Assembly: GCA_046484135.1 (NCBI GenBank)
Contig: JAWOBU010000137.1
Span: 1 to 24,073 of the forward strand
Direction: 5' to 3'
From: a bacterium
GTDB taxonomy: Bacteria; RBG-13-61-14; DATKZS01
Length of the DNA: 24,073 nt
Of the stretch, positions 1 through 8,438 are shown piece by piece; position 1 is the first letter of the stretch, and each line of letters starts with the position of its first letter. The notes beneath the pieces are model-generated. The model made no database searches. It was given only the letters and a program-made list of their open reading frames with translations, and was not told where the DNA came from. Both the position numbers and the translations under genes were made by a program.

Positions 1-1700
1 GGGTATGCCTCCAGCGGACCGGTTGCGAGCTCCCAGCCGCACCTTTCTTTTATCTTTTCCACGATCTCCTGTTCTTCCATGTCCGGTTTTTCAAAGTAGC
101 CCGTGAGCACGAGCTCGCTTTCTCCCGGCTCTTTTTCGAACACGCCGTAGTCGGTGACCAGCGTGCTTACGCGCCCGCCCGGGCTGGTTACATAAGAGAG
201 CTCTTCCACCATCCGGTTTTTCCCGGAGAGCGCGGTAACCACGACGTCGTTGGCCGCGGAGCAGATGTCGTTTCCTCCGCCGGAGCCGGTAAGGTAGGCC
301 ACGCCCGGTATCTTGGTGGTGTTGATGTTGGCGTGCTTGTCTACCTGTCCGGCGCCGATGGAGCCGATGCATTGGTTTTGAAACCCCCCCATGAACACGC
401 CCATTATGGCCGGGATGCCGGTCAACATCTTGGAGGTGGGCATGTTACGGTAGTTGAATATAAAGGGATCGGCGGGTCTCGGCACATAGCCGTAGAAGCC
501 GAGCTCCGCCATGAGCTCGCAGTTTACGCCCTCCTCCCGAAGATGGTAGTAAGCGAGCCATGCGGCGAGGTTGGACGCGCCCACGCCGGCGAGTATGGTA
601 AAGAGCTTTTGCTCGCGGATTCTCCGGGCCAGGACCCGGCCGGCGGCGATCACCATCATCTCGACGGGCGAGCACTCTTCTTCGTCAGGAATGCCGGAGG
701 ACAGGGACAGGAGCTCGGTCTTCCAGGAGTCGGGCCTTGCCTTTCCTTTCAGTGCCCAGAGCCTTTCGTGGCCCAGCTTCTCCAGGTAGTCCTCCCAGGC
801 GGGCCTTTCGTCAACCCATTCTTTTACCCACTCTTCCGTGCTCTCGGGCGTCTTGCAGGCCTTTCTTACGTCCAGCACAAAGTCGTAATCATCCGCGTAA
901 GCCTCGAAGTCGGGAAGCCCCTGGCTGGACACGCCGCCGGGATGCGCGCCAAAGGGGACCTTGCACACCGCCCGGACCATGTAGGAGGGGACCTTGCAAA
1001 GATGGGAGTGCTCCCGGATGTAGTCGGTGCTTACAATCCTGTCCGCGGTAACTATGACGCCGTGGCGTGCGGCCCACGCTCCCAGGGCCTCTTCGCCGAA
1101 AGGCGGGGTCAAAAGGCAGTTGCCGCTTTGGTCGGCGCAGGGCACGTGGATGAAGGCTATGTCCGGGTTGAGCGCCTTTACCATGCCGAGCTTCTCGCCG
1201 TTTTCGGACTCGGTTACCTGGAAGCTGTCCTGGTTTTCATGAGCCATGGACGAGCCGACCACTGACCTGGTCAGGAGGTATGGTACCCCCATGGCGCCGG
1301 CGAGGAGCCGGAGCGGAAAGGTCAGGATGGTCCAGTTTTCCACCTCGAGGGTTCCCTCTTTCCAGGCCCGGTCTATGACCGGGTTGGGACCGGGCGTGGG
1401 ATAAGAGTCGCCGCAGAAGGTGGTGATGAGCCTGGTTGCCACCCCCGTATGTACGGGTATAACCCCATTGCCGGTAAACCCGAGGCAGGAGAGGGTGAGG
1501 TTTGGTCTCTGGTTTCGGAAAGCCCGGACGAACTCGAGGGACACTGCCCCCGGCCGGTTATGGGAGGTACAAAGGTGTACCAGCATGTTCGGCTTTACGT
1601 GCTTTTTGACGGCTGAGGGAAGGTCGGTGATTTTGTCCGGTTCTTCGATGGAGGGGAGCGGCTCGATCCGGTCGAGGATTTTTCGGAAGGGATCGAGCAT
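1..1700 (-). CDS. Fused alpha+beta family I CoA-transferase (glutaconate CoA-transferase GctAB-like), 3'-truncated by the window edge
   Basis: Manual translation from ATG at 1700 (MLDPFRKILDRIEPLP...) stays open for 566 codons to the edge. Alpha-like motifs: LRLLAGAMGVPY, PDIAFIHVPCADQSGN, PFGAHP. Beta-like motifs: MAELG (candidate catalytic Glu at 504-506), GAGQVDKHANIN, GSGGGNDI, LVTDYGVF. Absent from the ORF track, presumably because there is no stop in the window. Confidence 0.85.
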   Translation of the reverse strand, partial: MLDPFRKILDRIEPLPSIEEPDKITDLPSAVKKHVKPNMLVHLCTSHNRPGAVSLEFVRAFRNQRPNLTLSCLGFTGNGVIPVHTGVATRLITTFCGDSYPTPGPNPVIDRAWKEGTLEVENWTILTFPLRLLAGAMGVPYLLTRSVVGSSMAHENQDSFQVTESENGEKLGMVKALNPDIAFIHVPCADQSGNCLLTPPFGEEALGAWAARHGVIVTADRIVSTDYIREHSHLCKVPSYMVRAVCKVPFGAHPGGVSSQGLPDFEAYADDYDFVLDVRKACKTPESTEEWVKEWVDERPAWEDYLEKLGHERLWALKGKARPDSWKTELLSLSSGIPDEEECSPVEMMVIAAGRVLARRIREQKLFTILAGVGASNLAAWLAYYHLREEGVNCELMAELGFYGYVPRPADPFIFNYRNMPTSKMLTGIPAIMGVFMGGFQNQCIGSIGAGQVDKHANINTTKIPGVAYLTGSGGGNDICSAANDVVVTALSGKNRMVEELSYVTSPGGRVSTLVTDYGVFEKEPGESELVLTGYFEKPDMEEQEIVEKIKERCGWELATGPLEAY

Positions 1701-1710
1701 GGGAGTTCCT

Positions 1711-2046
1711 TTACTCCGATGCCGCGGGTTCCTGGAACGAGTCGGTTTTCTGTTCGAGTTTTTTCTGCAGCGCCCGGATTTGTTTTCTTTGCAGTCGTAT
1801 GGTGCGGGTGTACTCGTACCAAGCCACGATCTCGAGCAGGACGGCGACCACAAACGCGAAAAGCGCGGTCAGTATAAGAGCCGCCCAGAAAGGCATGATG
1901 ATTATTCCCAGCGGTTCCCAGGGCAGGTTGATCTTTATGATCATGTCCTGGCCGAGGGTACCGAGGTTTATTATGATCTCGAAGACGAGATATGCGAGTA
2001 CGAGAGCCAAAAGAATCCATTTGATAAACCGCATGAGGGTCCTCAC
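1711..2046 (-). CDS. LapA-family (lipopolysaccharide assembly protein A domain) small membrane protein
   Basis: 111 aa: two hydrophobic helices, then a basic coiled-coil (IRLQRKQIRALQKKLEQ). Sits downstream of ihfB, where lapA usually lies. ATGA overlap with the HIT gene. Confidence 0.7.
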   Translation of the reverse strand: MRTLMRFIKWILLALVLAYLVFEIIINLGTLGQDMIIKINLPWEPLGIIIMPFWAALILTALFAFVVAVLLEIVAWYEYTRTIRLQRKQIRALQKKLEQKTDSFQEPAASE

Positions 2047-2543
2047 TCTTTCCCGGCAAGGTCGGCGAATGAGCGGGCGATCTTTTCCCGGGTCCTTTCC
2101 AGGTGCTCGGGAATCACTTTTACGTCGGCCAGTACCGGCATGAAGTTATGGTCTCCTTCCCAGCGGGGAACGATGTGTACGTGAAGGTGGCCGGGTATGC
2201 CTGCTCCCGCGACCTTTCCCAGGTTGAGTCCTATGTTGTATCCGTCCGGGGCCATGACTTTTTGGACGACCTGCCTGGTCAGTCTCACGGTATCGAAGAG
2301 GGCGAACAGCTCTTTCTCGTCCAGGTCGTCCATTTCCCCCACGTGCCGGTTGGGCATGACCAGGGTGTGGCCGTTCGAGTAGGGGAACTTGTTCATGCAG
2401 ACCGCGGTGAGGGGCCCGTGATAGACGAGCAGGTTTTCCCGGTCGTTGTCCCCCCGGATTTGCGGACAGAACAGGCAGCCGCTTTTCTCTTTGGACTCCT
2501 TTTCAATGTACTCCATTCGCCATGGAGCCCATAAGGTCTGCAT
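2043..2543 (-). CDS. HIT-family hydrolase (Ap4A hydrolase/phosphorylase-like)
   Basis: LWAPWRMEYI N-terminus, CLFC, NKFPYSNGH and histidine triad HLHVHIVPRW. ATG at 2543 overlaps the ihfB stop (TGATG); TTG at 2546 is an alternative start. Confidence 0.92.
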   Translation of the reverse strand: MQTLWAPWRMEYIEKESKEKSGCLFCPQIRGDNDRENLLVYHGPLTAVCMNKFPYSNGHTLVMPNRHVGEMDDLDEKELFALFDTVRLTRQVVQKVMAPDGYNIGLNLGKVAGAGIPGHLHVHIVPRWEGDHNFMPVLADVKVIPEHLERTREKIARSFADLAGKE

Positions 2544-2836
2544 CAAGCTCCCCCGGCTTTCCGGTCCACCCTTTCTTTCAGCTCTTTTCCCACCTTGAAG
2601 AAGGGCACCTTTTTCTCTTCCACGTCCACCTTCTCGCCGGTGCGGGGGTTCCGTCCTTCCCGAGGCCTCCGGTGTTTGACCTGGAAGCTGCCGAACCCCC
2701 TGATCTCGATCCGGTCGCCGGAAGCCAGCGCCTCGGTCATGCTGTCGAACACGGTGTTAACAATGACCTCGGCGTCCTTCAAACTCAGGTCTTCAACCCT
2801 TTCGGCCAGCTTCTCGATGAGTTCCCTCTTTGTCAT
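2543..2836 (-). CDS. ihfB: Integration host factor subunit beta
   Basis: [12 protein letters not shown]...[10 protein letters not shown]...[10 protein letters not shown]...[13 protein letters not shown] (97 aa). SD AAGGAG upstream of ATG 2836. rpsA-linked position. Confidence 0.93.
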   Translation of the reverse strand: MTKRELIEKLAERVEDLSLKDAEVIVNTVFDSMTEALASGDRIEIRGFGSFQVKHRRPREGRNPRTGEKVDVEEKKVPFFKVGKELKERVDRKAGGA

Positions 2837-2889
2837 TCGTGGCTCCTTCCTTCCCTGAATATTTTCTGCCGGCCTCGACACCGGCGGAT

Positions 2890-3987
2890 TCAGTGAACCT
2901 TGAGGATGTACATGGCCCGGAGGGGGGCAGGCCCCAGCCGGTTCGTACTCCATGTGTCCGGCATTATATCTTTAAACACTCCGAAGGGAAAGGGCGGTTT
3001 CTTTTTGGGGGGCCATACCACTTTCGGCTTGCCGGCTATGCCGCCCAGCTCGGCCGCCTCGTCAATGGCGTCCCAGAGGTTGCCGAGCTCATCCACCAGG
3101 CCGGCCTCCTTGGCCTGCTCGCCGGTAAAGATGCGGCCGTCCGCGATCTTGTGCACCAGGGCCGGTTCCATGTCCCTTCCGTCGGCCACCGCTTTCTCGA
3201 ACTGCTGGTGCACATTTGCCACGAATTCCTGGAGCAGCTTTTTCTCGTCGTCTTTCATTTTTCGGAAGGCGCTCCCGATATCCTTGTACTCGGCGCTTTT
3301 GATGATTCGGTTTTCAATCTTCATCCACTCCATGAGCCCTTCCAGGCTGGTGAACTCCATGACCACGCCGATGCTTCCGGTGATGGAACCGGGGTTGGCG
3401 TAGATTTTCTTGGCGGGGCAGGCCACGTAATATCCTCCGGAAGCGGCCATCGCGCCCATGGACACCACCACCGGTTTCTCCTCGGCCAGCTTTTTGACCT
3501 CGTCGTGGATTTCCTGGGAGGCCCCCACTCCGCCTCCGGGGGAGTCAACCCTTATGACCACGGCTTTCACCGAGGAGTCGTCCCGGTACCGGTGGATTTG
3601 CTTTACCACCCGGCTGGAGTCGAGAATGATGCCTTCCACCTTTACTATCCCCACTCTTTTTCCCATGGAGAACCCGGAGAGGCCCGTGCTTTTGCCGGTA
3701 CCGCCGGAGGTCATGGCCACGATAATGCCTATGAATATTGCGACAAGAAAGAACAAGAGAATGATGAGAGCGGGATGACTTCTACGGGGCTTTTTCCCGG
3801 GCGGCGGGCCGTACCATCCGGACGGCTGATAGGGATAGCCGGGCGGAGGGTACCATCCGGGGGGGTGGCCGTAAGGCGGTGTGCCGCCCCCTTGATACGT
3901 GCCCTGCCCCGGCGTCCAGCCGGTTTGACCGCTGCCGGCCGCTCCGGATGAAGGCGCGCCTTCCGAAGGTTTGTGGTCCTCGTTCAT
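2890..3987 (-). CDS. sppA: Signal peptide peptidase SppA (S49, short type) with Pro/Gly/Tyr-rich N-terminal extension
   Basis: VDSPGG, ASGGYY (catalytic Ser), GSIGV, KSAEYKD (catalytic Lys), [20 protein letters not shown]. One TM helix near residues 73-92. Confidence 0.93.
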   Translation of the reverse strand: MNEDHKPSEGAPSSGAAGSGQTGWTPGQGTYQGGGTPPYGHPPGWYPPPGYPYQPSGWYGPPPGKKPRRSHPALIILLFFLVAIFIGIIVAMTSGGTGKSTGLSGFSMGKRVGIVKVEGIILDSSRVVKQIHRYRDDSSVKAVVIRVDSPGGGVGASQEIHDEVKKLAEEKPVVVSMGAMAASGGYYVACPAKKIYANPGSITGSIGVVMEFTSLEGLMEWMKIENRIIKSAEYKDIGSAFRKMKDDEKKLLQEFVANVHQQFEKAVADGRDMEPALVHKIADGRIFTGEQAKEAGLVDELGNLWDAIDEAAELGGIAGKPKVVWPPKKKPPFPFGVFKDIMPDTWSTNRLGPAPLRAMYILKVH

Positions 3988-4000
3988 TTCCTATACCTGT

Positions 4001-4029
4001 GGGGTAGCCCTTGCCCAGTGCCTTGTCAA
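4001..4029 (-). promoter_or_regulatory. Possible sigma70-type promoter for sppA
   Basis: Perfect TTGACA (4029-4024), 17-nt spacer, weak -10 TACCCC, just upstream of sppA. Confidence 0.35.
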
Positions 4030-4031
4030 AC

Positions 4032-4102
4032 GAAAAAAAGGGGAACAAGAAAAACGGCGGAAAATCGCGGCTAAAGCCGCTCGCACGACTTTCTCTTGTT
4101 CC
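4032..4102 (-). terminator. Long hairpin followed by a U-tract downstream of rpsA (possible intrinsic terminator)
   Basis: Minus strand GGAACAAGAGAAA...GCGGC-TTTA-GCCGC...TTTTTCTTGTTCC, followed by CC and T7. Confidence 0.45.
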
Positions 4103-4278
4103 ATAAAAAACATTTGACAAAGAACTGGTAGCGGTTCACTTTTAAGTTTATAAATTGCGTGCGCGCGACGTAAATCGCGAGTAAACTCGCTCGTACAAAA
4201 AGGCCGCTTTTTTGACCGACCAAAACAACTGTGAGCAAACACCGGTACCAATGCGCGGCCGGGGGCTGCCGGCCCTTG

Positions 4279-6453
4279 TCATTCCTGTTTCTGGTTCTCG
4301 TTCGGCTGCGAGTCGGACTCTTCTTCCCGCTCTTCCTCTTTTCCCGGCTCTTCTTTTTCTTCTTCGGAGTCTTTCTCAGCCGCGGTTTGCGATGTCTCCG
4401 GCTTTTCTTCCTCTGGTTCGGAAGGAGCCGAAGAAGCGGTTTCTTCGGCCGGGGCGGCGGAGTCGCCTTCCTCGGACTCGGCGCTCTTCATGCTCACACT
4501 GTCGTAGGTCCCCATCTGCTCCACCGAGGAGACTTCTTCAGCCTCGACGCCGGGGACCCGGACCTGGGAGAGCTTGTCCTGAATGAGCTCGCCGAGCTTG
4601 GAGGTCCCGTCTCCTTCCTGCTTCTTATACTTTTTGTAGGAGGCCTCGTCCTCTGCCTTCTCCAGGGCCTTGACGGAGAGCCTTATCTTTCTCTCGGTTA
4701 TGTCCACGTTCAGTATCTCCGCGGTTATTTCGCGGCCGACCTCTACTATCTCGGTCGGGTCTTTTACCTTTTCGTGGGAGAGCTCGCTTATATGAATGAG
4801 ACCCTCGATCCCTTCTTCCAGCTCGACGAACACTCCGAAGTCGGTAACATTGACCACGGTGCCGACCACGTCCATTCCGGGCTGGTACTTGTCGGGCACG
4901 CTTTCCCAGGGGTCGGGCTGGGCCTGCTTTATGCCCAGGCTGAACCTTTCGTTCTCCTTGTCTATCTTAAGGACCATGCATTCCACGTCATCGCCTTTCT
5001 TCAGGACCTCGGAGGGGTGCTTCACCCTCTTGGTCCAGGAGAGGTCGGAGATATGCACCAGCCCGTCAATCCCTTCCTCGACTCCCACGAACACGCCGAA
5101 GTTGGTTATGTTCCTTACCTTGCCGGTGATCTTGGTCCCGACGGGATAGTTTGTCTCGAGCAGGTCCCAGGGGTTCTGCTCGGCCTGCTTGATGGACAGG
5201 GATATCCTCCGGTTCTCCTGGTCTATGCTCAGCACCTTGGCTTCCACCTCCTGCTCCGGCTCGACCACCTTGGAGGGATGGACCCGCTTTTTGGACCAGG
5301 ACATCTCCGAGACGTGTACCAGGCCTTCCACCCCCTTCTCCAGCTCCACGAAGGCGCCGTAGTCGGTTACCGACACCACGTTCCCGCTCACAATAGTGCC
5401 CACCGGGTACTTCTTCTCGATGTTGTCCCAGGGATCGGGCATGATCTGCTTGAGGCCCAGGCTCACCTTTTCCGTTTCCGGGTTGAAGCGCAGCACCTTG
5501 ACGTTTATCTCGTCTCCCACGTTGATGACCTCGGAGGGATGGTTGATCCTGCCGTAGCTCATGTCGGTTATGTGAAGAAGCCCGTCTATTCCCCCCAGGT
5601 TAATAAAAGCGCCGTACTCGGTGACGTTCTTTACCACGCCCTTCAGCACCTGGTCCTTTTCCAGGGAAGCCAGGGTCTCGGACCTTTTATCCTCCTGGTC
5701 CTTTTCCATCACGCTTCTTCTGCTGACCACCACGTTGCCGCGCTTGTGATTGAACTTTATTATATGGAACCAGTCCTCTTCCCCTATGAGCTTGTCCAGG
5801 TTCCGGATGGGTCTTATATCCGCCTGCGAGCCCGGCAGGAAGGCCATCACCCCGATGTCCACCATGAGTCCGCCCTTGACCCGCTCGGTGATCCTGCCTT
5901 TGACCGGCTTCTCCGAGCGGTAAGAGGACTCCAGGTCCTGCCAAACCCGCCGCTTCTCCGCCTTGTTCTTGGAAAGCCTTATTATGCCGTCTTCCTCGTT
6001 GCGGCGCTCGACCAGGACCTCGACCTCCTGGCCCGGCTCCACCGTCACGTTGCCTTCCTCGTCCTTGAACTCATCAACCGAAACGTGGCCCTCCGACTTC
6101 CCCCCGATGTCAATCATGATGTGGTCTTTGTGAACGTCAACCACCGTGCCCTTGATGATCTCGCCTTCGTCGAACTCGCGCTTCTTTAACGACTCTTCGA
6201 ACAGCGCGCCGAAGTCTTCGATCTCTTCTTCCTCGTCTTGCGCGGCTCCTTGGTCCTGTTCCAAAGAAGACGCCGAAGTGCCCTCCCCCGCCTCGCCGGA
6301 AGCTTCGCCGGTCTCCGGTTCCGTTTCCGGTTCCGTTTCCTCTGCGGCTTCGCTTATCGGGTCCTGTTTTACTTCTTCTTCCGGTTCCTGTCCGGTTTCT
6401 GCGTGGTTGTTTCCGTTTTTGTTCTCGTCTTTTTCACTAACCAATACCTTCAT
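4279..6453 (-). CDS. rpsA: 30S ribosomal protein S1 with long acidic N- and C-terminal extensions
   Basis: Six S1 repeats (e.g. GAFINLGGIDGLLHITDMS, GAFVELEKGVEGLVHVSEMSW, FGVFVELEEGIEGLIHISELS); follows cmk. Exact start uncertain (ATG 6453 or TTG 6444). Confidence 0.96.
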   Translation of the reverse strand: MKVLVSEKDENKNGNNHAETGQEPEEEVKQDPISEAAEETEPETEPETGEASGEAGEGTSASSLEQDQGAAQDEEEEIEDFGALFEESLKKREFDEGEIIKGTVVDVHKDHIMIDIGGKSEGHVSVDEFKDEEGNVTVEPGQEVEVLVERRNEEDGIIRLSKNKAEKRRVWQDLESSYRSEKPVKGRITERVKGGLMVDIGVMAFLPGSQADIRPIRNLDKLIGEEDWFHIIKFNHKRGNVVVSRRSVMEKDQEDKRSETLASLEKDQVLKGVVKNVTEYGAFINLGGIDGLLHITDMSYGRINHPSEVINVGDEINVKVLRFNPETEKVSLGLKQIMPDPWDNIEKKYPVGTIVSGNVVSVTDYGAFVELEKGVEGLVHVSEMSWSKKRVHPSKVVEPEQEVEAKVLSIDQENRRISLSIKQAEQNPWDLLETNYPVGTKITGKVRNITNFGVFVGVEEGIDGLVHISDLSWTKRVKHPSEVLKKGDDVECMVLKIDKENERFSLGIKQAQPDPWESVPDKYQPGMDVVGTVVNVTDFGVFVELEEGIEGLIHISELSHEKVKDPTEIVEVGREITAEILNVDITERKIRLSVKALEKAEDEASYKKYKKQEGDGTSKLGELIQDKLSQVRVPGVEAEEVSSVEQMGTYDSVSMKSAESEEGDSAAPAEETASSAPSEPEEEKPETSQTAAEKDSEEEKEEPGKEEEREEESDSQPNENQKQE

Positions 6454-6482
6454 CCCCCTGCTTGTTTATTCCTACCCCTTTT

Positions 6483-7148
6483 CTACACGTCCATGCGCCG
6501 TATCATCTCCTCCACCACTTCCGTCGGGTTTTTGTCGGTGGAGTCAATGAGCTCGGCGTCCGGCGCGCGCAGAAGAGGAGCCACCTCACGCGTGGAATCA
6601 TTCCAGTCCCGCTCTCTGATCTCGGAAAGAAGGTCCTCGAGATCGACCTTCTCTCCTCTCTGCTCGTGCTCTTTCAGTCTTCTTTGCGCACGTTCTGTAT
6701 CAGAGGCGGTGATATAAAACTTGTAGTCGGCGTCCGGAAAGACCACACTCCCGATGTCGCGGCCTTCCATGACCACGCCGCCTTCCTCTTTCATCTCGCG
6801 TTGGAGCTCGACCATACGCTCTCTCACTACAGGAAACGCGGAGATACGGGAAGCCAACATCCCCATGTCAGGGGCCCGGAGCCGGTGCGTGACATCCTCG
6901 TCCCCTACTCTGGTCCTGACTTCGCCTTTTATCATCTCCTGCTTTATTGTAAGAGTTTTTAAAAACTCTTCAAGCTCAATCTCGTTTTCCAAGTTTACTT
7001 CCTCTCTCCGGGCGGCAAGTGCCGCGGCCCTGTACATGGCTCCCGTATCTATGTACTTATAGCCGAGCCTTCTGGCGAGCTTTCGCGCCGCGGTGCTTTT
7101 TCCCGCTCCGGAAGGCCCGTCAATGGCCACCACGTATCTCATTTTCAT
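6483..7148 (-). CDS. cmk: Cytidylate kinase
   Basis: AIDGPSGAGKST P-loop, DTGAMYRA, VMEGRDIGSVVFPDA, RDWNDSTREVAPL. Confidence 0.96.
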   Translation of the reverse strand: MKMRYVVAIDGPSGAGKSTAARKLARRLGYKYIDTGAMYRAAALAARREEVNLENEIELEEFLKTLTIKQEMIKGEVRTRVGDEDVTHRLRAPDMGMLASRISAFPVVRERMVELQREMKEEGGVVMEGRDIGSVVFPDADYKFYITASDTERAQRRLKEHEQRGEKVDLEDLLSEIRERDWNDSTREVAPLLRAPDAELIDSTDKNPTEVVEEMIRRMDV

Positions 7149-7151
7149 AAC

Positions 7152-8438
7152 TTATCTCGACAGTTCTGTCAAGCGGCTTTCAAAGTCGGGAAACGAGGTT
7201 GCGATACATTCGGTGCCGGTTATGGCGGTTTGTCCCTTGGCGCACAAGCCGGCAATGGCCGCGGCCATTGCTATCCGGTGATCGTTGTCGCTCTCTATGT
7301 CCGCTCCTCGGAGGCTTGCCGGTCCCTTTATCACCAGGCCGTCCGGGTTTTCCTTAACGTCCGCGCCCATGGCGGCCAGAAGGCGGGCGGTGTTTTCTAT
7401 GCGGTCGCTTTCCTTCACCCGGAGCTCGGCCGCGTCGCGGATGACGGTGGTGCCGTAAGCCATGGCCGCGGCCACGCATATCACCGGCAGCTCGTCAATG
7501 GCCCGGGCCACCAGCCCGCCGGAAACCACCGTGGCCGAAAGCCTGCTCGCTTTTACATGAAGGTCCGCCACCGGCTCGCCTCCCATCCTTTTTTTGTTCA
7601 AGAGCTCAATCCGGCCGCCCATGCTCCTTAAAACGTCTATGGCCCCGGTCCGGGTCGGGTTTAAGCCCACCTCTTTTATCACCAGGTCGGAGCCGGGAAC
7701 AACCAGCGCGGCCACCGCGAAAAAAGCGGCGCTGGAGATGTCGCCCGGAACCCGGATACTGCCCGGCGACACCGGCTTCTGCCCGCCCCCTATGGACACC
7801 TTGAGCCCTTCTTTTTTCACGTTCACCGAAAAAGCCGGCAACATGAGCTCGGTATGGTCGCGGGACGCCGCCGGCTCCTCCAATACCGTCTCTCCGCTCG
7901 CCGTCATGCCGGCCAGAAGAAGCGCGCTCTTTACCTGTGCGCTCGCCACCGGCAGCGAGTAGCTGATGCCGCGAAGTCCGCCGCCCTTTATGTAAAGCGG
8001 TGCGGTGTACTCTTGTGTGCCCCTGATGTCGGCGCCCATCATGCGCAAGGGATCTATTATTCTTTTCATGGGCCGCTTCATGAGGCTCTCGTCTCCGCGC
8101 AGCTCGGTCTCGAGGGGCAGGCCGGAGAGCAGTCCGGCCAAGAGTCTCATGCCGGTTCCTGAGTTGCCCATGTCCAAGGGCGCGGAAGGTTCTTCCAGTT
8201 CGCGGGGTTCCTTTCCCGAAACCATGAGATCAGGTCCCTGCCAGCAGAGGTCCGCTCCCATGGCTTGAAAGGCCTTGATGGTGGCGGTTACGTCCTCGGA
8301 CAAAAGAGGCGCTTCGATCCGGGTTTCGGTCGGGCACAGCGATGAGAGGATCACGGCGCGGTGGGATATGGACTTATCGCCCGGCACCCGGATCTCGCCG
8401 GTCAGCGGGCCGGCGCCCTGTACCCGGAGCACGCTCAC
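7152..8438 (-). CDS. aroA: 3-phosphoshikimate 1-carboxyvinyltransferase (EPSP synthase, class II type)
   Basis: PGDKSISHRA, GNSGTGMRL, SAQVKSA, NPTRTG, ELRVKESDRI, DHRIAM. GTG start overlapping the tyrA stop. Confidence 0.97.
   Translation of the reverse strand: MSVLRVQGAGPLTGEIRVPGDKSISHRAVILSSLCPTETRIEAPLLSEDVTATIKAFQAMGADLCWQGPDLMVSGKEPRELEEPSAPLDMGNSGTGMRLLAGLLSGLPLETELRGDESLMKRPMKRIIDPLRMMGADIRGTQEYTAPLYIKGGGLRGISYSLPVASAQVKSALLLAGMTASGETVLEEPAASRDHTELMLPAFSVNVKKEGLKVSIGGGQKPVSPGSIRVPGDISSAAFFAVAALVVPGSDLVIKEVGLNPTRTGAIDVLRSMGGRIELLNKKRMGGEPVADLHVKASRLSATVVSGGLVARAIDELPVICVAAAMAYGTTVIRDAAELRVKESDRIENTARLLAAMGADVKENPDGLVIKGPASLRGADIESDNDHRIAMAAAIAGLCAKGQTAITGTECIATSFPDFESRLTELSR

Noticed and set aside
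333..1265. 310-aa plus-strand ORF
   Set aside because: Antisense shadow of the CoA-transferase frame; no recognisable motifs.
3991..4251. 86-aa and 112-aa minus-strand ORFs in the rpsA-sppA gap
   Set aside because: No SD, atypical composition, and they overlap hairpin and promoter-like elements.
4149..4278. Possible riboswitch, 6S RNA or tRNA
   Set aside because: I could not match the conserved motifs of any such family; kept only as an unclassified structured region.
4231..6189. 652-aa plus-strand ORF
   Set aside because: Lies antisense to rpsA; long shadow ORFs are expected opposite biased GC-rich genes, and it has no domain signature.
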